DNA of 64,000 nucleotides, taken from the NCBI GenBank assembly GCA_951406725.2, contig OX597819.1, positions 94,054,001 through 94,118,000 on the forward strand. The letters run 5' to 3'. Origin of the DNA: Octopus vulgaris (Eukaryota). Position numbers and translations under genes: made by a program. This document shows, piece by piece, positions 55,391 through 64,000 of this stretch; the stretch's first letter is position 1, and each line of letters starts with the position of its first letter. The notes under the pieces are model-generated. The model did no database searches, was not told the origin of the DNA, and saw only the letters and a list, made by a program, of their open reading frames with translations.

Positions 55391-55667
55391 TGAACGTCAG
55401 ATTTTTTAAAACTATTATTATAAAAAATATGAACAAATTCAGGGGCAACATATTTGTCACTTGTGCAGGCAAAATTTACCACCTATAGGTGAATTTAACT
55501 CAAATCTTCCATGAAAACATGTCCAGCCACAGAAAATATTACCTTGCTTGGGAACAGAAGAGGATTAGTGACAGGAAGGGCATCCAGCTATAGAAAATCA
55601 ATCTCAGCTAGTCCCATCTTACCTATATATGCATGGAAAAGTGAACATCAAAAATGATGATGATGAT

Positions 55668-55713
<46 letters not shown>

Positions 55714-56152
55714 GATAGATAGACACACACACACATCCACACATACACATACATATATATATATATATGGATTTACATATATATATGTATGTGTGTGTGC
55801 ATGTGAATGTATTTATGAATACATATGAGTTGGTATACATGTGTGTAAATAAGCATATGTGTGTGTGTATGTGTGTGTGTTTGTGTGTGTATTTATGTCT
55901 GTCTGTCTGTCAGTATGTATGTATGTATGTATGTATGTATGTGTGTGTGTGTGTGTGTGTATAAGCACATATTCAGAAATACAGGCATACATAAATACAC
56001 ACACAAACACACACGTCAATAAATCAATTGCTGGCTTTGTACTTTTGAAGATATGTGGAATATGCTATCTCTTATTTAAAAACAAGTAAGGGTTAGTAAC
56101 AGAAAGAGCATTCAGCAGTAAATCATTGCGCCAGTAGTACATTAATCTAACC

Positions 56153-56427
56153 CAGTGGTTCTTAACTGGGACCCATATGACCTTTGGAGGTTCATATGAC
56201 CATTGGGGATCCATATAACATTTTTTTGTTTTTTTAAATTTATGTCCAATAAATCAGTTATACTTCTACAATGCACAAAAATATTTTAACAACTTTTTAA
56301 ACAATTCCTAATAATATTTAATCATAAAAATATAAAGGGATTTTTGAACATCAAATGGCTATGGGGATCCACCAGAATAAAATAACCAAAGAGGCCCATA
56401 GGTTAAAAAAATGGTTGAGAACTTCTA
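56153..56427. mobile_element. hAT (Charlie-like) MITE
   Basis: CAGTGGTTCTTAAC ... GTTGAGAACTTCTA with 8-bp flanks ATCTAACC and GTCTAACT. Confidence 0.7.
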
Positions 56428-57446
56428 GTCTAACTCATCCTTGTACACATGCAGACCTACACACAGAATAAGAGAAAGAGAGAAGTGGAGAGATGCTTTA
56501 ATTCTAATGGTAGTGACTTTATATGGTTACTTAATACTAAGTGCAAAGAATAAATAAATGTGAAATTCCTCATAACATAATTTACTGTTCTAAGTTTATT
56601 GCTGGAAGCAATCTTTAGGTAAAGTAGTTATTCAATAGATGTCAAGAAATCCTTATCACACTAGCAGTCACATATTCGTATGTCTCTATCTGGTTGAGTT
56701 TGAAATTATAGGTTGTCAATAGAGTTGTAACTCCTTGAAATTCTTTAGGCAATTTTGTTCTTATATCTACATTTTGATATTAACTCTTGCTTTTTGTTTG
56801 CAACTATTGCAATTTTTCATCACTTTTGGATATTATTTCAAGCTTTTTTTTTCATTAATGATGTTGAACCTTCAGCTAAATTCTTTTATTGCTAAAACAA
56901 AACTTCTATGATTGATTGGTGTAAAAGTCAATTGTAGCAAATTGTGTAAACTTCCCCAGCTGTGAGTTGACATGGTATATGGAACCTGAAAGAACCTCAT
57001 CATATATAAATATGTATGTATTTATGTATGTGTGTATGCATCTATGTATGTATTTATGCATGTATGTATATATGTATTTATGTATGTATGTATGTATGTA
57101 TGTATGTATGTATGTGTGTATGTATGTATGTATGTATGTATATGTGTATGCATGTGTGTGTGTGTGTGTTTGTGTGTGTGATTTTTATAAATAAGTGCCC
57201 TGTCATATAAGCAGTGTCATTCATTTCCAGTATTCTGCAAGAAAATATCAGGTCATAGGGAAATACTCTGTTGCTTGGAAACAGAGAAGGACTTAGTGAA
57301 GGAAAGGGCATCAGGCCACAGAAAATGTGCCTCATCAGATTGGAGCCTGGTGCAGCCTCCTGGCCTGCCAGTCCCCAGTCAAACCATCTAACCCATGCCA
57401 GCATGGAAAAACGGATGTTAAATGATGCTGCTGATGATGATGATGT

Positions 57447-57478
<32 letters not shown>

Positions 57479-57892
57479 TATATAGTTACATGTTTATGTA
57501 TGTGTGTACTATTTGTATTCCTGCATATGTGTATATCTATGCTTACACCAGTTTAAAAGACTTTGCTATTGTTTAATTCTGGCTGTTATGTCTCATAACT
57601 TTGCAGATTACAAACTGAAACTGATAAAATAACTATCATATTGAAATAGCCCTGCATAACCACAATTCAAGGAGTGCAACTGCTAAAAGTATTATAGCAT
57701 GTATATATACTTTTGGGAAAATATAATTCACCAATATATTTGTTGCTAACAGTGTACCTGTTGGATTCTTTCTCTCACACACTCTTTAATTCTATCTGTT
57801 TCTCTCTTTCTTTCTTCTTATGTAACAACCATATATATATATATATATATATATAAATATATATAATTGATATGAATATGTATATAAATACT

Positions 57893-57924
<32 letters not shown>

Positions 57925-58911
57925 TGTATATATGTGTGTTGTGTATTCATCTTTTAGAAATATATATTTTTATTTTTCTGTGTACACACACACATACACA
58001 TACACATACCTACACACACACACACACACATAATTCCCATTTTACTCTTGTTTTCAATGTTGATATTGTTTGCCTTCCTAATGTAGGAAAGCGTATTAAA
58101 GTTTTGTTTGAGATACCCGCTTTTCTATGAACAATTCAACCAGGCGTTGGCTATTAGAGAACCTCCAAATCAAAGCAAATAACACTATATTAAGTGATTC
58201 ACAACATTTCATATGGAATTAATATCCTGCATAACATCTAGTAACAATTTGTGGGATTTATCTGCCGGAAAATATTTACTGCTCTATAGAAAATAGGTAA
58301 TTTCCATATGTGTAAGAAAATTTATTATTAGATTACTAAAATCAAAGACTAACAGGCAAGGCTAATATTTAGATTGCTCTCTATTTCCTCCCAATCTTGG
58401 TGAAAATTCAGCTGTACAAATTTCTGATTCTATGAGAAAAGGTAATGACTATGTGTGGGCAGTCTATAAACACTGATTTAGAAGAAATTGGTTCAACATC
58501 TACATTCATTGACATCATTTTGTTGAAAGAACATGTAGCTAGAAAATGATTCTCCCCCAATTTTGACAAAGAATATTCCAGTTGTTAGATCAACTTTTCT
58601 GCCCATATATTTAATTAGCATGTTAGTGACTGAGTATTTCACGGGTATGCATGTATACACTGAACATAATTCTTAGGAAGAATCAGTATGACAGCATACA
58701 TTTGCTTCTGTTTTTATTTTCTTATATATATATATTCTTTATTGAAAATGCAATTCTCACGCAGAATGAGAAGGACATTATGTGTGGCAAGGCTGACTCT
58801 TGGAATTACAAATACATAGTCCAACCAATGGCTTTTACACGGTTTCTGCCTGTCCAATTTTTATTCACAATATTTCAGTTGACTAAAGTTAAAGACTTTT
58901 GCAAAAGATAC

Positions 58912-59230
58912 CAAGATAGGGTGTATGATCTAAGAGGGATTTGGTGGTTGCTGTTGCTAGCAAGTTGAATGACTATATTATGGCTCCCTTTTTAGCTTAT
59001 TATCCCAAAGTAATTCGGAAACTCGAAAATAATTTGATAAATGGAAAAGTAAGGTTTATTCAAAAGGTCTGCCAAGTTGTGGTATGTGTTTTAAAGAGTG
59101 ATTTGGTTGCTATTCACACCAAGGTGACTGACCATATAGAAGCTCCCTTTTTGACTCATCATCACAGAGTAATTCAGGAACTGTAAAATAGTTTGATAAA
59201 TGGAAAAGTGTAGTTTATTCAAAAGGTCTG
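58912..59230. repeat. Diverged ~160-bp tandem duplication
   Basis: Both units end in TTTGATAAATGGAAAAGT..GTTTATTCAAAAGGTCTG and share GCTCCCTTTTT. Confidence 0.8.
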
Positions 59231-59800
59231 AAATTCAATATTGTGAATCCAGCGTAAACAATAGAGGAAATAAGGTTTCAGGCAAACTGACAGCAAACTA
59301 ATTGCATGAGCAGCTATGGTTTGAAGATAATGGTGTTCCATCAAATACTTTATTGGAATTATCCGATTATACCTGTTAACTATGTAATAAGAATAGTTAG
59401 AGACAGGGAGCTGAGAAAAGCTTCGATAAATGTCACGTTTGGGGCAATAAAAGTGTTTTCTCTACATGAAGGGCATTTTATATAACGCATGCATCCAATT
59501 TGTTAGGCTATATTGTAGGAAATTATAAAGGGGTTGATCAGTAGTTTAGTCAGAGCATCATAAAGAACGTGTTGCTATATTAATTTTTGGCTTTTTGCAT
59601 TTGGAGTTCAAATTCTTCTGAGGTCAATTTTGCTTTTCATCATTTCAAAATCAGTGTATAAAAAACCAACCCGGTGCTGAATTTTGTTTATTCCCTTCCT
59701 CTCTCCAGCAGTCACATTCTGGTTGTTCTGCTGGCTCAAAATCAGGCATGTCCACAGAGGAATTAATGGACGTATAGTGGCATAAGCTACCGTGCCATCC

Positions 59801-60239
59801 TTAACCCTTTTAAACCAGTCATATCCAGTTAAAATATTCTATGTGCTTTATGTTCAAACAAGCTAAATCTAATCCTGCATACCTACTCTACAATGTCATT
59901 ATAGAAGTAACCAATTGCATTATCAAACACTTGAAGCTACAAGATAATTTGGGATTAATTCAAAACAATATCAATCAATAAGCATTACATTTCTTACCAA
60001 TCCACCCGAAACTGCCTTTGGTTTTGTAGTAGAAATGTCTTGTTTACATAAGTTTTAGATTAAAATTTTCCAGCAAACCTTAGTCACAATTTATGTTCCT
60101 AACACTAGCTTAATGATAACTAAGTTATTTTACTAAATTCTTTGTTATATTTAAAATTAATTGAAAGAAACTGAGAGCATCTCCACAGAAATATGGTAAC
60201 AAAATGGTTAACAGAATAATTTGAATGCTCAAGGGTTAA
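59801..60239. mobile_element. piggyBac-like MITE (TTAA-CCCT..AGGG-TTAA) with a probable nested relative
   Basis: TTAACCCTTT start and AAGGGTTAA end. A related element at about 40476-41092 is interrupted by the CR1-group LINE. Confidence 0.55.
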
Positions 60240-60603
60240 TTACAAATAGTAGTTAAATATTTTTAGGGTTGTGATGGGAATTAAGATTCATTAAAAGAAG
60301 GTAACATTTGAACAATTCTTCTCTAGAGGGAATTAAACAGTTCTTATAGACAACTCAATGTCCAACTAAATTTTCACTAAGAAATAAGGTAAATCAGAAA
60401 AATTGAATTTCATTAAACTAATATTAAGAAAAGAAAAAAGAAGGCTTGCCTAACTTGTAAACTTGATACCTTATTACTGAAGTTGTAGATATCCCAGGTA
60501 TTTTTGACAAGTTTTGTTTAGTTGTTTTTATATTTCAGTAGATTTTGGCAAACAGTTGTCAACACTTGTAATATTAACTTGTAATATTAACTGTCTATTT
60601 CAG

Positions 60604-60727
60604 GAAGATGAGAAAAAAAGAGAAAAAGAAAAGAATAAAGTTACTGAAAATAATAATAATGAGGAAGTGAAGGAATCTCTGCAAATGAATGAGTGTGAGA
60701 TTCATGAAAAAAATAATCAAGAAAAAG
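60604..60727 (+). CDS. Cav3: Probable next Cav3 exon (start of the cytoplasmic II-III linker)
   Basis: Acceptor tctatttcag| and donor AAG|gtaatc. Open in phase 0, compatible with the previous exon: EDEKKREKEKNKVTENNNNEEVKESLQMNECEIHEKNNQEK. Charged low-complexity sequence fits a linker, but there is no diagnostic motif. Confidence 0.6.
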
Positions 60728-61284
60728 GTAATCTTTGTCTTTTATCTTATTTATTTTGCATTATTTTATTTTCCTATTTTTCATACAGGAAGTGTCACAA
60801 AAATCTAATTACCATATATGTTACATGGGAGAACTATCTCTTATAACTCAGCTCTTTTTCTTTGTAATTCAGGGGTCATTTTTTTTTACTACTACACAAA
60901 GAGCTTTTATTTCTTTTTCTCTTTTACTATCCTAATATAATATAAATAGAAGTAATGATTGGACGTAATCATTTTCTTTATTGGAACACAATAAAATCTC
61001 GTTTAGCTTTTTATTCTCTGCATTAGGTTTACAGACAGTTTGCAATATGTTTCTTCAAAAGCTAAGTCTAATATTCAAATATAACTCAAACATTTCTTAT
61101 TTTACTCTTTTTGCCAAATATTCTTTAAAAAAAATGGTTTTTAAAGAAAATCAAATTTAGTGCAAATGTACTAAATTTAGTGCAAATCTATTGATATGAG
61201 ACTTATTACATTTAAAGGAAGATACTTCTCCTTAATTCATCTTTTGGTGAATGTAGTATTATAATTTAATTTTCTTCAGATGGG

Positions 61285-61316
<32 letters not shown>

Positions 61317-61466
61317 AGATAGATATATAGATACATACAAACACATACACATGCATATACATATATATGTGTATAGGTATATGTATATATGCATATATGT
61401 ATATATCTATTTATATATATATTCATATAGATAGACAGATAAACATATATAGATATATATATATAT

Positions 61467-62141
61467 ATCATCATCATCATCATCATCATCGTTTAGCGTC
61501 CGCTTTCCATGCTAGCATGGGTTGGACGGTTCAACTGGGGTCTGGGAAGCCAGAAGGCTGCACCAGGCCCAGTTTGATCTGGCAATGTTTCTATGGCTGG
61601 ATGCCCATCCTAACGCCAACCACTCCGTGAGTGTAGTGGGTGCTTTTTACATGCCACCGGCACAGGTGCCAGACGAGTCTGGTAAACGGCCACGATCGGA
61701 TGGTGCTTTTTATGTACCACCGGCACGGGGGCCAGGCAAGGCTGACAATAGCCACAAACGGATGGTGCTTTTTACGTGCCACCGGCACGAGGCCAGTCAG
61801 GGCGGCGCTGGCAACGGCCATGTTTGGATGGTTCTCTTATGAGCCACCAGCACTGGTAACTCAGCTGCAATTTCCATTGATCGATTTCGATTCTGATTCT
61901 CACTTGCCTCAACAGGTGTTCACAAGTAGAGTTTTGTGTCCCAAGAAGGGAAGGTATGCATAAGTGGACTGGCTACATCCCATGTAGAAGGCCACGGGTT
62001 ATGGTCTCAGTTGTCCTGCCGGGTCTTCTCACGCACAGCATACTTCCAGAGGTCTTGGTCTCTAGTCATTTCCTCAGTGAGACCTAAAGTTCGAAGGTCG
62101 TGCTTCACCACCTCGTCCCAGGTTTTCCTGGGTCTGCCTCT
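61467..62141 (-). mobile_element. 5'-truncated RTE-clade LINE
   Basis: Minus-strand ORF end RGRPRKTWDEVVKHDLRTLGLTEEMTRDQDLWKYAVREKTR. The 3' UTR has tandem GGTGGCACGTAAAAAGCACC-type units and a (GAT)n tail. Confidence 0.9.
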
Positions 62142-64000
62142 ATATACATGTGTGTATGTGTGTGTGTGAGAGAGAGAGACTGTCTATATGTATATATGTG
62201 TTTCTTACATAAGACAATACTTTCTCAAGTCAACTTATTCCACCTCAGTACATTACCATACTACTGAAAGGGTAAGTTCGTTTTGTTGTTCAGCTCCAAA
62301 CTGGTTTGATCAAGAAGATTTAGGATCAGAAACACTCTAAATGTGATCTTATTCCACTATATAATACACCTAAGACCACATAATATAATGTCATTTTTAA
62401 AGACCACAGAATGTGATTAAACAGATAAGGCTGCTATTTTTAGCAGACCAAAATACCATGAAGAGACACTTCTTTAATGCATAATGTAAGGCAATGTTCA
62501 TCCAAATTGTATTAGAAACTAGTAAATATTTAGAATGGGACTATACATTGCAAAAGTACCTCCCAAATCTCTCTTAGCTACAAAATACTCCATACTCTGT
62601 ATAACATAACTACAGCTGATGACTTTTGGTTAAAATCATTTGAAAACAGGGTATAGATATTTGGCATATACAATGACAAATATAGGTTTTCTCTCATATA
62701 TGATAAATTCCTTTCTCAAATATTTCATATATATTTTCTTGATTTTACTTGTGTATTAAATCATTTAGGCAGTAGATTGGTAAAATTAGAGCATAAGATA
62801 GAATACATTGATGCATTTAGTTCCAGCTCTTCACTTTCTAAGTTCAAATCCTAGTTAGGTTGAATTCATAATTCATTCTCCTTGAGGTCAATAAAATAAA
62901 TACTAGTAAATCAATATTCTTTTGCAACAGCCAAAAAATAATTTTAGTAATTTATTGCTCTGTTTTTCACTATCATGAGGTCAAGCAATTGACTCCAATT
63001 TATCAGTGCAAGTGCATAGGCTAAATAAAAAGTAATTTTGTTAATAAAAAAAAAATCAAGAATTTAAACTTCATCTAATTAATAGAGATATTTGATAAAG
63101 ATATATTAATTTTAGCCTTCGTAATATTCAGAGGAAATTTATGTTGCATTTCAATTATAAAAATAAATTATAGTTTGGTAAATTTTTGATTAAGGAAATC
63201 CAAAGTTAATTTTAGTTCAGCATTAAAAAAAATATATATATATTAATAAGTTTGAAATTTAGAAATTTGATAAGGTACTTTTTAATATATCAGTCTAATT
63301 AATGCAGACAGCATTATATTTGATATAATTTTTCATATTATTTACATGACTAGTATGTAATAATTTAGAATTGATAGAGAGATGCATGTACATTAACTAA
63401 ATTTAAGCAATTTGCCGTGACAACAGAAGAGCTTCTTATGTGGCTACTCAAGATGTTAGAAAAACAGTCAAATATCCCTTATAATCAGAGCTTTTCTTGT
63501 AGGATAGTGAGAACTTGTGAGGACTGAAAAAAGGAAAGATGCATTGCTATGATTAATAATTTTAAACCAGTCATGGACAAACTGCAACTCATGGGACTTT
63601 CTCAATGACATACCTAACAAATGTTACCTTGAATTTCTTTTATACTAATGCAGCCTATCTTATGATAAACCATGTTTCATGGCCTGCTTCTCAAAAAAGG
63701 TTACCTGTACCTGTTTTAAACCTTTAAAACTTGTCCAACACTATGGTGAAGAAAGAATTCATATGCATATAAACTCTATTGAGTGGAGTAGGAGAGAACG
63801 ACTTCAATATTTTTGGGGCAGGGCAAGGTTGGCATTTGTTAGTTTGAGAACAACCACCTCAAATCACATCCTATTGTCTTAAAAAGGATTGCATCTAATG
63901 ATACATTGCTCTATGTAGTGTGTCTGCCTGTGTGAGCAGGTGTAAGCATACATATTGTATTGTATAGCTGAATGGTGAAAAAGATCACTTCACAATCATT

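Noticed and set aside
61640-61850. Regularly spaced GGTGCTTTTTACGTGCCACCGGCAC units resembling a CRISPR array
   Set aside because: Eukaryotic context, the spacers are mutually similar, and the units are the internal tandem repeat of the RTE 3' UTR.

Overview
AT-rich, microsatellite- and transposon-dense eukaryotic DNA, most likely from an octopus (inferred from the SINE, RTE and microsatellite landscape). The window lies inside one very large + strand gene, a T-type voltage-gated calcium channel (Cav3, CACNA1G/H/I-like). One exon is unambiguous: 42788-42943, encoding the domain II pore loop and S6. A second, probable exon at 60604-60727 encodes the start of the II-III linker. The rest appears intronic: tRNA-derived SINEs, 5'-truncated RTE, CR1-group and RLE-type LINEs, mariner, hAT, piggyBac-like and Helitron derivatives, and several long palindromes. 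Almost all ORFs in the supplied track are microsatellite artefacts. The most striking hidden signal is a set of short, mostly (TA)n-embedded inserts carrying type I hammerhead ribozyme motifs of the Penelope type. One of them is fused to a tRNA-like Pol III head and could be a Penelope-mobilised SINE or retrozyme. Intact catalytic cores occur only antisense to the host gene. All structures were read by eye, and repeat boundaries are approximate.
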